Of a stretch of DNA of 64,000 nucleotides, positions 20,508 through 31,004 are shown piece after piece. The notes under the pieces are model-generated. The model made no database searches, was not told the origin of the DNA, and worked only from the letters and a program-made list of their open reading frames with translations. The DNA is from Escherichia phage ECML-363. Within the stretch, counting starts at the first letter, position 1; the number at the start of each line of letters is the position of its first letter. Where the stretch lies: the sequence record OL631483.1; one strand, 5' to 3'. The position numbers and the translations under genes are program-made.

Positions 20508-21967
20508 AAACCAGTTACCTCATGAAAATCGCCAAATACATCTTCGAACGTATTAGCTTTAGTTTTATCTTCACGTAAACGAATTGCAATTGGAAGAAAT
20601 AGCTTAACGTAATCAGTACGTCCATCTAATTTTACCCAGCCGTTGCATTCGCACTCTAGAATTTTTCCAATATAATAATTTTGGTTTTCCATAATGCGAG
20701 TACGATCAAGTTCATGCGATTTTATACCGGCTTTATCTTTTAAGCCTGAACCAGCATTTACTTTAATTTTTCCACACTCTGATTCAAGAATGAAACCACC
20801 TGCTTTAGTAGGGTCTTTACGGTGAGGATAAATTCCTACAATTTTTAAATCAACATCAATTACTTCTTTAAATTTATAAAGATTTTTTGAACGAGCATTT
20901 TCCCATAATCCATCGATATTTTTGAGAATAATACCTTCAAGACCTTGGTCAATATACTTTTTATAAATTACCTTAGCTTCATCTAGGTTATTTACTATCT
21001 GGTTTTCAATTAAAATTACTTTATCATAGCCTGATGTCATTTGTTCTAGTTTAGAAAAACGTACATCATATTTTAAACGAAATGCTGGAAGACCATATAT
21101 TTCTACTAATGGAACATAGTCCCAGACCTGAAACTTCATGCATTGTGCTTCTTTTTCAGAAATGGTTCCCTTTAAAGATTTATTAGCGATTCCATTAGAA
21201 GTAGTACGTGATTCAGCTACTTCGGCGAATTCTTTAGCTTTACTAATTTCAGGATAAGCATCAAAAAGAAAATCTAGGCCTTCTGGTTCCTTTTCAACTT
21301 GCTCATGGTATACCAATTCGCCATCAATTAACACACCTTCTGGATGAATCTGGCGAGCTTCTGCAGTCATTTTGATTAACTCTTCCTTGAGAAGATCTAA
21401 TCCTAGATATTCATTACCAGCTCGTGATAAAAGACGAACATCATCTAATTCATCACCTCTGACTTCAGCAAAGCACCGAGCTCCATCAGCTTTTAACTGG
21501 GCAAAAGCTGGAAATTTGATATTCTTATTAATGCCTTTTTCATCATAAGAACTTGCCAGCATTTGAGGTTGTTCAGGAATTAAACCTGGCCAAACTTTGT
21601 TTGCAATAGATACTGATGCACCACATTCAAGGTCTCGCATCATCACCCGACGCAAAACTTCAACATCATCTTTTTTACCGTCAGCAATATATCCAGTTAA
21701 TTCCTCAATTGCCGCATTTCCGGTCAATTTCCGAGTAGCTAACGTGAATTCAATGAAGTCAAGCATATCGGTAAGAGTCAACATTCCAAAACTCTGGGTA
21801 GTAATACCCGGTTTAGGCCATTTCTTGATATAATACTGTAACCCACGAGAATAAGTCAGACGATATACTCGTTTAAGCAATTCATTATCTTTATTCTTTT
21901 CAAGAATTGCTTGCTTCTGCTTAGTTGAACCAATAGATGCTATTTCGTTCAGAATTTTAAGAATCAT
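20504..21967 (-). CDS. 30: ATP-dependent DNA ligase gp30
   Basis: 487-aa ORF MILKILNEIASIGSTKQKQAILEKNKDNELLKRVYRLTYSRGLQYY...; adenylation motif AQLKADGARC (KxDG). Confidence 0.97.
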   Translation of the reverse strand: MILKILNEIASIGSTKQKQAILEKNKDNELLKRVYRLTYSRGLQYYIKKWPKPGITTQSFGMLTLTDMLDFIEFTLATRKLTGNAAIEELTGYIADGKKDDVEVLRRVMMRDLECGASVSIANKVWPGLIPEQPQMLASSYDEKGINKNIKFPAFAQLKADGARCFAEVRGDELDDVRLLSRAGNEYLGLDLLKEELIKMTAEARQIHPEGVLIDGELVYHEQVEKEPEGLDFLFDAYPEISKAKEFAEVAESRTTSNGIANKSLKGTISEKEAQCMKFQVWDYVPLVEIYGLPAFRLKYDVRFSKLEQMTSGYDKVILIENQIVNNLDEAKVIYKKYIDQGLEGIILKNIDGLWENARSKNLYKFKEVIDVDLKIVGIYPHRKDPTKAGGFILESECGKIKVNAGSGLKDKAGIKSHELDRTRIMENQNYYIGKILECECNGWVKLDGRTDYVKLFLPIAIRLREDKTKANTFEDVFGDFHEVTGL

Positions 21968-22233
21968 TGTTCATCCTTTAGAGTTTGGTTTACAGCTCTA
22001 TTATAAATCAATTCATCATTAAGCTCAGTCAAAGACCTGTGGTACGTGGTTCTAACTTTATTTCCTTGCATCCAGTGCTTGACGTAAATGAAACCTTGCT
22101 CTACACATTTTTTAAAAATTCGTTCGTCTTTTTGAGCTCGGAATTCTGGATTGCATCTAAAAAATTGATTTACGTGACCGTAATCACGTGTAGTATTACC
22201 TTCATTTTCATAAATAGTGTGAACAACAAACAT
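21964..22233 (-). CDS. Hypothetical protein (T4 30.1 position)
   Basis: 89-aa ORF, ATGA-coupled to neighbours. Confidence 0.6.
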   Translation of the reverse strand: MFVVHTIYENEGNTTRDYGHVNQFFRCNPEFRAQKDERIFKKCVEQGFIYVKHWMQGNKVRTTYHRSLTELNDELIYNRAVNQTLKDEQ

Positions 22234-23069
22234 TAGAATGCTCCTTGGAAAATATTATCACCGCTAGTAGGTCTATTATACAAATACTCTATGCCACCAG
22301 GTTTAATATAGTTCCATGTCTGAAACGGATGCGTCTGATATGGATGATATAGATTATAAGGATTAAATCCAGGAGTTCTCCAGGTAGTGTTCCAAGGAAA
22401 AGAATCGTTTTTAATCATCTTTTCAATTACATCTTTTACAGCTTTTTCACTATCAAAACTTTCTTTATTTTCCTTCGATGGAAAAAGCTTATTCTCTACA
22501 TCATTCCATGTATAAACTCGCTGTGCAGTTTTTGGAATACTGTCACGCTCCCCTCGAGCCATCCAATAAACAGGAACATTTAATATTTCACTTGCATGAT
22601 CGCAGTGGTGAGCGAGATCGTCAATATAACAAATTACGTTATATTTCTCTTTTGCCTTTTTGAACAACTCTTCTTTTGAAGAATCATGACCACACATCAA
22701 TACTTCTGAGAAGGCACCAGGAAAAAGAGCATTCAAATTAAATTGACGATTCAGCAGAGCGTCAATAGAATCACCCAATGCTGTAACAGCTACAAAATTA
22801 TAATCTTCTTTTAATTTGTTAATTACACATAGGGCATCTTTATATGGAGACAAATAGCGAATAAAATCTGAACGATTATACTTTTCGATTAATTTAACAC
22901 CAAGTTCTTCATCGCAATTAAAGAGCTTACCAGGAGAAATAAATTTTTCGTCCTGAATCATTTTTAAAATATGTTCCAACGGAAGATTATATTTTTGGGC
23001 AAAATAAGGAAGGCCCGATTGCCAGCTTAAACACACCCCGTCAATATCAGTCAAAATAGTAGGCTTCAT
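22233..23069 (-). CDS. HAD-superfamily phosphatase-like protein (T4 30.2 position)
   Basis: 278-aa ORF; N-terminal ILTDIDGV (HAD motif I DxDG) and later CYIDDLAHH (DD motif IV). Confidence 0.7.
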   Translation of the reverse strand: MKPTILTDIDGVCLSWQSGLPYFAQKYNLPLEHILKMIQDEKFISPGKLFNCDEELGVKLIEKYNRSDFIRYLSPYKDALCVINKLKEDYNFVAVTALGDSIDALLNRQFNLNALFPGAFSEVLMCGHDSSKEELFKKAKEKYNVICYIDDLAHHCDHASEILNVPVYWMARGERDSIPKTAQRVYTWNDVENKLFPSKENKESFDSEKAVKDVIEKMIKNDSFPWNTTWRTPGFNPYNLYHPYQTHPFQTWNYIKPGGIEYLYNRPTSGDNIFQGAF

Positions 23070-23530
23070 AGAGAGTCTCTTAATAGGTTTAACACATCAA
23101 TAAATTCAGCTTCGGTTAGTATTGTATCATCTTTTGTTAGACTACTAGCCATGCTGTGCTTCAAAACTTTTCCTTTCGAGGCTAGTAATGCATCACGAAA
23201 GCCCTTGTTTTGAATCGCTGCCTCAAAATACGCATTTGTGTATAATTCTTTCCACGCTGGAGAGTATCTTGAAAACGGAACTCCGAGCCAGAAGAGGGTC
23301 CCACGGTCCTGAGCTCTAGCATAAGACCTTCCAGCTTGTTGGGCGGCAAGCCCGGATAACCCAAATACACGACGTTGCTGTTCAACATTTTTCACCTTAC
23401 ATCCTTGGAGAAATCCTTCAAGACCTCCAAATTGGATACCATTCATAACAAAAGGCCATTGGGCGAAATTACTTAATGCACACGATGGCCATCTAAAATT
23501 GCTTCTAATCTCTAACTCAGGCATTTTCAA
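23066..23530 (-). CDS. NADAR-domain-like protein (T4 30.3 position)
   Basis: 154-aa ORF; ALSNFAQWPFVMNGIQFGGLEGFLQGCK parallels the YbiA/NADAR FSNF...WP...E.yFQ..K signature (by eye, no HMM run). Confidence 0.55.
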   Translation of the reverse strand: MKMPELEIRSNFRWPSCALSNFAQWPFVMNGIQFGGLEGFLQGCKVKNVEQQRRVFGLSGLAAQQAGRSYARAQDRGTLFWLGVPFSRYSPAWKELYTNAYFEAAIQNKGFRDALLASKGKVLKHSMASSLTKDDTILTEAEFIDVLNLLRDSL

Positions 23531-23723
23531 TACTTATAATTTCAACATCAGCCCAATGACCATAGCAAGGAAGACGAAATTCAACTGGCCAGTTAGGGTC
23601 CTTTTCTAATATAATAGACTTAACTTGTGGTTCTTCATGTTCATCAGTATATGGATTTTTATCTGTTACTTTATATGTGACCTTAATGTACTGAATTCCA
23701 AAAATCTTATTAATTATATTCAT
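23517..23723 (-). CDS. Hypothetical protein (30.3-prime position)
   Basis: 68-aa ORF in tightly coupled minus-strand operon. Confidence 0.5.
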   Translation of the reverse strand: MNIINKIFGIQYIKVTYKVTDKNPYTDEHEEPQVKSIILEKDPNWPVEFRLPCYGHWADVEIISIENA

Positions 23724-23917
23724 ACTAATTCCTTTAATCCGTAAATAGGAGATAATTCATCACCCATACGAAGGTCTTCATTTCCATCTACCCAGGAAAC
23801 AATATAAGCCTCTTTTATTTGAACACCACTCCATTTAAATGGAGGTAGAACCTTAGAAATTAATCCAGGTATACCAACTCCCTTTAATTCAACAGTTTGA
23901 CCTAAAAAGAATTTCAT
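23720..23917 (-). CDS. Hypothetical protein (30.4 position)
   Basis: 65-aa ORF, ATGA overlaps. Confidence 0.5.
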   Translation of the reverse strand: MKFFLGQTVELKGVGIPGLISKVLPPFKWSGVQIKEAYIVSWVDGNEDLRMGDELSPIYGLKELV

Positions 23918-24204
23918 CAGAACCTCATCTGAAAGCCGTGTGATTTAACATTACCGCCGCCAATATCAGAAATATTAATTTCACGCGCAATTGAAGGGTC
24001 AATGTCAATTTCACGATTAAGTTTAGCGATAGCTAAAGTATCACGCCCATTTACTGTACGGAATTCTAAAGGACAAACCACATCAACATAATTTTTAATT
24101 GATTCACTGGTAGGTTGCAAATGAGCAGGAAGGTCTTTAGGCGCCTTAGAGAAAACCACTTCACAGAAATTTTTGCGGGTGTCAAAATAAGTAGTCATAA
24201 ACAT
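23917..24204 (-). CDS. Hypothetical protein (30.5 position)
   Basis: 95-aa ORF. Confidence 0.5.
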   Translation of the reverse strand: MFMTTYFDTRKNFCEVVFSKAPKDLPAHLQPTSESIKNYVDVVCPLEFRTVNGRDTLAIAKLNREIDIDPSIAREINISDIGGGNVKSHGFQMRF

Positions 24205-24219
24205 AGTATTTTCCTTAGT

Positions 24220-24237
24220 AAGGGGCCGAAGCCCCTC
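24220..24237 (-). terminator. Hairpin (GAGGGGC-TTCG-GCCCCTT) between 30.6 and 30.5
   Basis: GC stem with UUCG loop in minus sense. Confidence 0.5.
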
Positions 24238-24245
24238 ATTTTATT

Positions 24246-24611
24246 TTAAATATCAAATTCGTTAAGAACTACATCAAAGATTGCTTCAAGATGCTCAGGT
24301 TTAGCTCTGTTACTCAGAATATGACGAATCCAAGTTTTAACCAGAAGCTTGCGATTAGCGCCATTCCAGCAAGGATGGGTCCCTAAATCGCGTTGACGAA
24401 AATCATCATCCAGAGCGATTTTGAAGTTTGAACCTTCCATTGTGATTGAAACCGTGATGCCATTTTCAAATCGCATATAAACGTAGTTAGGAGTCATATA
24501 CTGTTCAATTTCGCATACTGATCCATTTTGATGTTTCCAAAGGCAAATAGTATCAATAGAACCTGCAATACCATTAGAAACATATTTACGTTCAAAGTTG
24601 ATGTAGTTCAT
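24246..24611 (-). CDS. Hypothetical protein (30.6 position)
   Basis: 121-aa ORF. Confidence 0.55.
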   Translation of the reverse strand: MNYINFERKYVSNGIAGSIDTICLWKHQNGSVCEIEQYMTPNYVYMRFENGITVSITMEGSNFKIALDDDFRQRDLGTHPCWNGANRKLLVKTWIRHILSNRAKPEHLEAIFDVVLNEFDI

Positions 24612-24679
24612 TTTTATTCTCCGAGATGTTTAATTGCGGTACAGGTATATAATATCATATCCTGTACCAAAGTAAACAA

Positions 24680-25012
24680 TTATTTTACTACTTTCCAGTG
24701 CTTCATGTCAAGTTTACCAACTTTTTTCATCTTCTCAATCAAACGTTCGGCACGTTGGCGAGCTGTAACATAATACCATTCGCCTAATTCATTTTGTTCA
24801 ATTTTTCCAACGATTACTGTATTCAATTCATAAATCCAACCAGTAAAGAAATTATGAACTTGAATTGTAAAGGTGAAATCTGTTCCCATACCTTCTGTTG
24901 TTTCTACTTCAATAATATCACCTTCAATTGCCATTAAGAACCACATAGTTTCATCATATTTACCATTGAAGCATTTAGTCTTAACTGCAGCGTTCAGATT
25001 AATCGTTTTCAT
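24680..25012 (-). CDS. Hypothetical protein (30.7 position)
   Basis: 110-aa ORF. Confidence 0.55.
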   Translation of the reverse strand: MKTINLNAAVKTKCFNGKYDETMWFLMAIEGDIIEVETTEGMGTDFTFTIQVHNFFTGWIYELNTVIVGKIEQNELGEWYYVTARQRAERLIEKMKKVGKLDMKHWKVVK

Positions 25013-25098
25013 TTTATTCTCCTTTGTTTGTGTAAGATAATACTATCACAAAGGAACCATACTGTAAACAACTTTATGCAATCTTTGGAAAATAAAAA

Positions 25099-25120
25099 AG
25101 GACTCCCGAAGGAGTCCTTA
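25099..25120 (-). terminator. Hairpin AAGGACTCC-CGAA-GGAGTCCTT
   Basis: 9-bp stem, GNRA-like loop, flanked by A-run. Confidence 0.55.
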
Positions 25121-25122
25121 AC

Positions 25123-25299
25123 TTATGCTTTCTGCTTACCAAAACGAGAAGCATCATCTCGAAGAACCGCACGTGCTCGGCGCATGATCTTCTCAACAGT
25201 TTGATTGATACGAGAGTTCGACCCACGCTTGTAGCCAGCGCGTTTAGAATCACCAACTTTCTTTTCAACTGCTTTCTTTGCTTTAGCTTGTTTTGCCAT
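25123..25299 (-). CDS. Small basic protein (30.8/30.9 position)
   Basis: Start corrected to MAKQAKAKKAVEKK... (58 aa) with AAAGAGAA SD; Lys/Arg rich. Confidence 0.5.
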   Translation of the reverse strand: MAKQAKAKKAVEKKVGDSKRAGYKRGSNSRINQTVEKIMRRARAVLRDDASRFGKQKA

Positions 25300-25542
25300 T
25301 ATAAATTCTCTTTTAAATGAAAATGCAGGACTTATTGGCATTGCCTGCGCAAGCCCTCAAGGGGAACATAGGTTTTGGATATTTAACGACAGGATAACCA
25401 TAAACCCGTCATCATTCACATTCAAGAGGTACACCATAAAACTGCCGGGGTCTTAAAACTATAATGATTCGCAAATCATTAATCAGACAGTTCGATGGCT
25501 CCTCGATTTTAGCTCACACTAAGGCAGTGAATCTCCAATAAA

Positions 25543-25791
25543 TTACTTCAATGTTACCACAAAGTGACGAACTGCTTTTCGCGCAGCAGAAGCCAGAGGC
25601 TTAGCATACTTAAGTTCATCTTTTTCCTGAAGCTCAGCAGCTAATGCAGTTTGAGCAGGATTTAGATGTTTGAAATAACGCAGGATTTCAAGAGCTTCGG
25701 CTTCAACATCAATAGATGCGCCATAGTTTTCGTGACCATTATTCCATGCGTTTCGTTGCAGTTCAAGAGCGTGTTGTAATTGTTTAATCAT
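25543..25791 (-). CDS. rIII: rIII lysis-inhibition accessory protein
   Basis: 82-aa ORF MIKQLQHALELQRNAWNNGHENYGASIDVEAEALEILRYFKHLNPAQTALAAELQEKDELKYAK... Confidence 0.9.
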   Translation of the reverse strand: MIKQLQHALELQRNAWNNGHENYGASIDVEAEALEILRYFKHLNPAQTALAAELQEKDELKYAKPLASAARKAVRHFVVTLK

Positions 25792-25938
25792 TTAAAAATT
25801 CTCGTTAGAGATTAAAACTCGGTAGTCACGTTCTTCTGAATTTCATCTTCTTTCGACAGATCTCTCAGTTGTAGACTACCACATAGAATTGTTCGGTTAA
25901 CTTATTATTCCGACACCCAATTCATATTATTATTTATA

Positions 25939-26274
25939 TCACTTATAAAGACACGGAATAGCTTTATAGTGACAAGTAACGAATTTTTGTTTAATTTCTT
26001 TTGGCTGCTTAAGACCCAGAGCTACAAAAGGATGCGGAACATTTCGAATTTGACCAACTGGAAGAGAAGTCAAATCACCAACTTCGCAGAAACCTTCAGG
26101 AACATCAGGACCAACAGAGTGAACTACACACAGTTCAGGAACTTCACCTTGAACACGTTTACCGATAATAAGTCCTGATTCTGTAACTTCTTCATCACCG
26201 GCTTGTGCAGGTTCAGAAACTAAAATAACATATTCACCGACAGCACGAATTGGTAGCTGTTGTACTTCAGACAT
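25939..26274 (-). CDS. 31: Co-chaperonin gp31 (GroES analogue for capsid folding)
   Basis: 111-aa [64 protein letters not shown]... Confidence 0.95.
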
Positions 26275-26330
26275 CGTTTTTCCTTTTTGTTAACAGATGA
26301 ATTAATAATAACAAATAATTCTTAAAGCAT

Positions 26331-26639
26331 TTATTTACCAATAAATTGAAGCAAATGCTCAACTTTCATACCATTAACAGAAATCAATTTGTCAATAGAA
26401 AAACCTCGCCACTCGCCAAGCTCAACATCAAATACTGGAATCATATCAGTAGATTCTTTCCGAGCAGATTCAGTCAATTTACCAGTTTGCATGGTTGGCA
26501 TAAAGTCAGCATCACGAGTACCTTTCATAGTACGAATAGTACCATCAGACTTTTCAAAAACTACGTTTGAAACACCCATGGACAATTTAGTTTTCAAAAT
26601 TTCACGAATTGCTACTTTCTGTTCAGTTGTCAGTTTCAT
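26331..26639 (-). CDS. Hypothetical protein (31.1 position)
   Basis: 102-aa ORF. Confidence 0.6.
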   Translation of the reverse strand: MKLTTEQKVAIREILKTKLSMGVSNVVFEKSDGTIRTMKGTRDADFMPTMQTGKLTESARKESTDMIPVFDVELGEWRGFSIDKLISVNGMKVEHLLQFIGK

Positions 26640-26876
26640 TTATTTACCTATTACAGTTTTAATATGAGTTGTTCCACGTTCTTTAAGGGTGGAAAGTAAT
26701 TTTTGGCATTTTTCTAAATCAGATTTCCAACTATATGGTCTATCAATACTAGTCCAATCAGTTTTATAATACTGTTTCCATTTAGAGAAAAAATATTTCT
26801 TATACTCTACAGCAAACGAGATGTTCTCATTAGAATAAGAACTAATTGCTGTGAGCTGTACCAAACGAAATTTCAT
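26640..26876 (-). CDS. Hypothetical protein (31.2 position)
   Basis: 78-aa ORF. Confidence 0.55.
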   Translation of the reverse strand: MKFRLVQLTAISSYSNENISFAVEYKKYFFSKWKQYYKTDWTSIDRPYSWKSDLEKCQKLLSTLKERGTTHIKTVIGK

Positions 26877-27457
26877 TATTCACCACAGAATTCGTTGATA
26901 TTTTCCCAGTTTAACTTATTCAAGTTTTTCTTAGGAACATTAAACACTTCAATACCTGCATTTCGCAGAATATCATCCCAGCCAGGTTTATTTTTATCGT
27001 ATGTTTCACAATAAACCAGTTTTTTAATACCAGATTGAGCTATCGCTTTTGCACAATCTGGACAAGGAGAAAGTGTTACATACATAGTAGCACCTTCAAT
27101 AGAAGAACCATTTCGTGCAGCAAACAAAATTGCATTTAGTTCAGCATGAATTTCATTTTTAGACGACCATTCAGAGTGAGCGCTCCGGTGTTCTTTTGCC
27201 AAGACAAAACGATCAGTTGAACCAAATGATACGCATTCAGGCTTATGGCCTTGAATGATAGTATGTTTAGGCTTATTCAGCAACCAACCTTGCTCAGCAG
27301 CATAATCACAACAGTTCACACCCCCTGCGGGTGAACCATTATACCCAGTAGAAATAATACGTCCATTCTTTTCAATTACTGCTCCTACCTTCCAGGAGCA
27401 ACATTTTGATTCCTGCGATACTAAATATGCAATTTGAAGTACTGTACTCGCTTTCAT
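26876..27457 (-). CDS. cd: dCMP deaminase
   Basis: 193-aa ORF with zinc-binding deaminase motifs HAELNAI and SPCPDCA. Confidence 0.95.
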   Translation of the reverse strand: MKASTVLQIAYLVSQESKCCSWKVGAVIEKNGRIISTGYNGSPAGGVNCCDYAAEQGWLLNKPKHTIIQGHKPECVSFGSTDRFVLAKEHRSAHSEWSSKNEIHAELNAILFAARNGSSIEGATMYVTLSPCPDCAKAIAQSGIKKLVYCETYDKNKPGWDDILRNAGIEVFNVPKKNLNKLNWENINEFCGE

Positions 27458-27792
27458 TTCATAATCACCAGATAAGCAGATTTAGCAGTTTCAACACGAT
27501 AAATTTCGTGACGAAGTTTAGTTATACTTTTAATAACAGAACTAATTATATTCTGCCCATCTTTAAAGCGGTTTTTCTTATCAATAAAAACTGCGCCAGT
27601 CATCTTTTTGTGAAGCTCAACTGGATACTTCGTCACAATAATAGCATCATACACAGAAGGATGAATACTATTCACCAGAGTATCATTCATTAAAGTTATT
27701 CTAATGAACTGTGCTGTTTCAGAATCAAGCGCTCTATGATCGCCAGTATCATTTTCAAGACAATTATCAATTATATCAGTTAAATTCATCAT
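27454..27792 (-). CDS. Hypothetical protein (cd.1 position)
   Basis: 112-aa ORF. Confidence 0.55.
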   Translation of the reverse strand: MMNLTDIIDNCLENDTGDHRALDSETAQFIRITLMNDTLVNSIHPSVYDAIIVTKYPVELHKKMTGAVFIDKKNRFKDGQNIISSVIKSITKLRHEIYRVETAKSAYLVIMK

Positions 27793-28025
27793 AGTACGCC
27801 ATACACCCTTTGTGCTTCAACTAATCCATCAAAATCTAATTTAAGATGCGATATTTGATCGCCATCACCTGGATTCACAATTACTAATACTGAACGAGGA
27901 GTTTCGGTAATAACACGAACCGATGTTTCAGGAAATCGTTCAGAAATCCTATTTACTAATTCCTGCGCAAATAGTTTAACTTTTTCTTGGAATTCTTTAA
28001 CAGTAATTGGTTTTTCACTTAGCAT
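27789..28025 (-). CDS. Hypothetical protein (cd.2 position)
   Basis: 78-aa ORF. Confidence 0.55.
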   Translation of the reverse strand: MLSEKPITVKEFQEKVKLFAQELVNRISERFPETSVRVITETPRSVLVIVNPGDGDQISHLKLDFDGLVEAQRVYGVL

Positions 28026-28546
28026 GTTGATCCCAGCTCCTTACTTTCAACGTTTTTAACTAATTTGACAGAAACTAATTCAGCATCTTGAGTAATCATT
28101 ACCGGACCTTCTTCATACTCTTCAAGATATTCTAGAGCTTTCTTTTTAGCTTCTTCCTTCGTATCAGTTTGAGCATAGATATAGAACATACAACCAGTAA
28201 TACCTACTACTTTCCACTTAATTTCTTTATCAGTTTTAATTTCAAATTTACTTACAGAATCATCTTTTTGAACTTCTTCGAAAAAAGAATATTCTAACAT
28301 ATAAGCAATTGAAAATAACGGGCTAACTTTATAGGATTCACCCATTACATCAACAGCTTTATACCAGCAGTCATCAATTTCGCGTTTAATGCTAATAACA
28401 TTTTTCGCAGGGTCAATTTTTACTTTAAATGAATTTTCCCCAATAAACTGGGCAATTCGTTTATTAGCCCCGCAAGTTTCATTAAAAATATCTTTATATC
28501 CAGCTTTAAAGCGATAAACCTTATCTTCTTCAAACCATTCGCTCAT
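28019..28546 (-). CDS. Hypothetical protein (cd.3 position)
   Basis: 175-aa ORF. Confidence 0.6.
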   Translation of the reverse strand: MSEWFEEDKVYRFKAGYKDIFNETCGANKRIAQFIGENSFKVKIDPAKNVISIKREIDDCWYKAVDVMGESYKVSPLFSIAYMLEYSFFEEVQKDDSVSKFEIKTDKEIKWKVVGITGCMFYIYAQTDTKEEAKKKALEYLEEYEEGPVMITQDAELVSVKLVKNVESKELGSTC

Positions 28547-28608
28547 TTCAATTTCCTCATTTGTTTTGGTAGAGCTATAATATCACAACTCTACCGTAAA
28601 GTAAACTA

Positions 28609-28884
28609 TTAAATTGCTTTGAATTCTGATGTCTGTGATTCAAAGCGAATGTCGCCTTTGATAACTAGCTCAGCATCAAGACCGAATACGACAATGATAT
28701 GCGCTGAACCTGGATACAACGTGATGGCAACAGAATCCACCTGGTCTGGAAGCAAAGTATTCAATACATGAGTCACTTGAGCATGGATTCGAAGCTCAGC
28801 TGCATTATCAAGTTTTTCAAACATATTATTAGCGATAATTTGGCTAAACACTACTTCTACGATTTTAGAGTAAGTCGGAAACAT
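28609..28884 (-). CDS. Hypothetical protein (cd.4 position)
   Basis: 91-aa ORF. Confidence 0.55.
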   Translation of the reverse strand: MFPTYSKIVEVVFSQIIANNMFEKLDNAAELRIHAQVTHVLNTLLPDQVDSVAITLYPGSAHIIVVFGLDAELVIKGDIRFESQTSEFKAI

Positions 28885-28886
28885 AT

Positions 28887-29087
28887 TTACCTCACATAAT
28901 TTTCTTCAAGCCAATCAATAACATCCAAAGCGTTATCAAAAGTTGAACCATCTACTCTGTCTTCTGTTTCATAATCAAGAACATCTAAGCCTACTCTTCC
29001 ATCAACAATAGGCCATAAACAAAATAGATATTTCTTTTCTTTTTCAATTTTATCACAAAGATGATAAATCTTTTCTAGGTTATTCAT
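28887..29087 (-). CDS. Hypothetical protein (cd.5 position)
   Basis: 66-aa ORF. Confidence 0.55.
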   Translation of the reverse strand: MNNLEKIYHLCDKIEKEKKYLFCLWPIVDGRVGLDVLDYETEDRVDGSTFDNALDVIDWLEENYVR

Positions 29088-29276
29088 AAGTTTTCCATGG
29101 TAAAGGCAGTTTAGTTTTCTTTACTACTAGTTCAACATCAGGATTCTTTTCTCTTAATTTAAGACATTCCTCCCATGCTCTATTTTCACTAGTAAATACA
29201 CAAAATTGCCCATTACTAGTACCAACTAAACCGCTATTTACAATAACAATAGCCCAAGTTTCATGGTGCAAAGCCA

Positions 29277-29277
<1 letters not shown>
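29080..29277 (-). CDS. Hypothetical small protein downstream of pseT
   Basis: Start corrected to MALHHETW... (TAATG overlap with pseT stop), 65 aa. Confidence 0.45.
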
Positions 29278-30477
<1,200 letters not shown>

Positions 30478-30481
<4 letters not shown>

Positions 30482-30708
30482 TTATTTTTCTCAACCAATG
30501 ATTGAATATAATCATGCAGGTCTTTAGATGCTTTACCCCACTTATTTTGATATTCATTTTTGAGATTAGCGCGTGATTGAGCTAATAAAACATCATTAGT
30601 TGGAGGTAAAGATTCTAATCGTTGAATCTGTCGTCCATAAATCATTGCAGCCATCTCGGATTCATAAATTAATCCTTTTAGATGTTCAAATTGATACCAT
30701 GAAATCAT
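30478..30708 (-). CDS. Hypothetical protein (pseT.1 region)
   Basis: 76-aa ORF. Confidence 0.5.
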
Positions 30709-31004
30709 TTACATTTATCCTCTTTTAGCTCTTGACGATAATAACATATCATAGTTTTCTGGTCATGTACATATCGTTTTACATCATTAAGCCAAATACG
30801 AAATTCCTGAGAATCTTCAAATGGCATACCTACCCAAGCTTTACCATCAATAACTTTAACTTGCCAAGATAGTTTAGCTTCGTCATATGACTTTATTTGC
30901 ACAGGCCAATTAGGATGAACTGTTTCTTTCTTTACTTCTAGAGGCTTTGTCGAACAACCAACTAGAAGACCAATAGATAATATTACTGCAGATAATTTAA
31001 TCAT
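30705..31004 (-). CDS. pseT.2: Outer-membrane spanin (lipoprotein), Rz1 equivalent
   Basis: 99-aa ORF MIKLSAVILSIGLLVGCSTKP...: signal peptide plus lipobox LVGC; adjacent to the i-spanin. Confidence 0.7.
   Translation of the reverse strand: MIKLSAVILSIGLLVGCSTKPLEVKKETVHPNWPVQIKSYDEAKLSWQVKVIDGKAWVGMPFEDSQEFRIWLNDVKRYVHDQKTMICYYRQELKEDKCK

Noticed and set aside
23182-23388. 68-aa ORF inside the NADAR-like gene on the same strand, other frame
   Set aside because: Alternative frame of a supported CDS with no start context.
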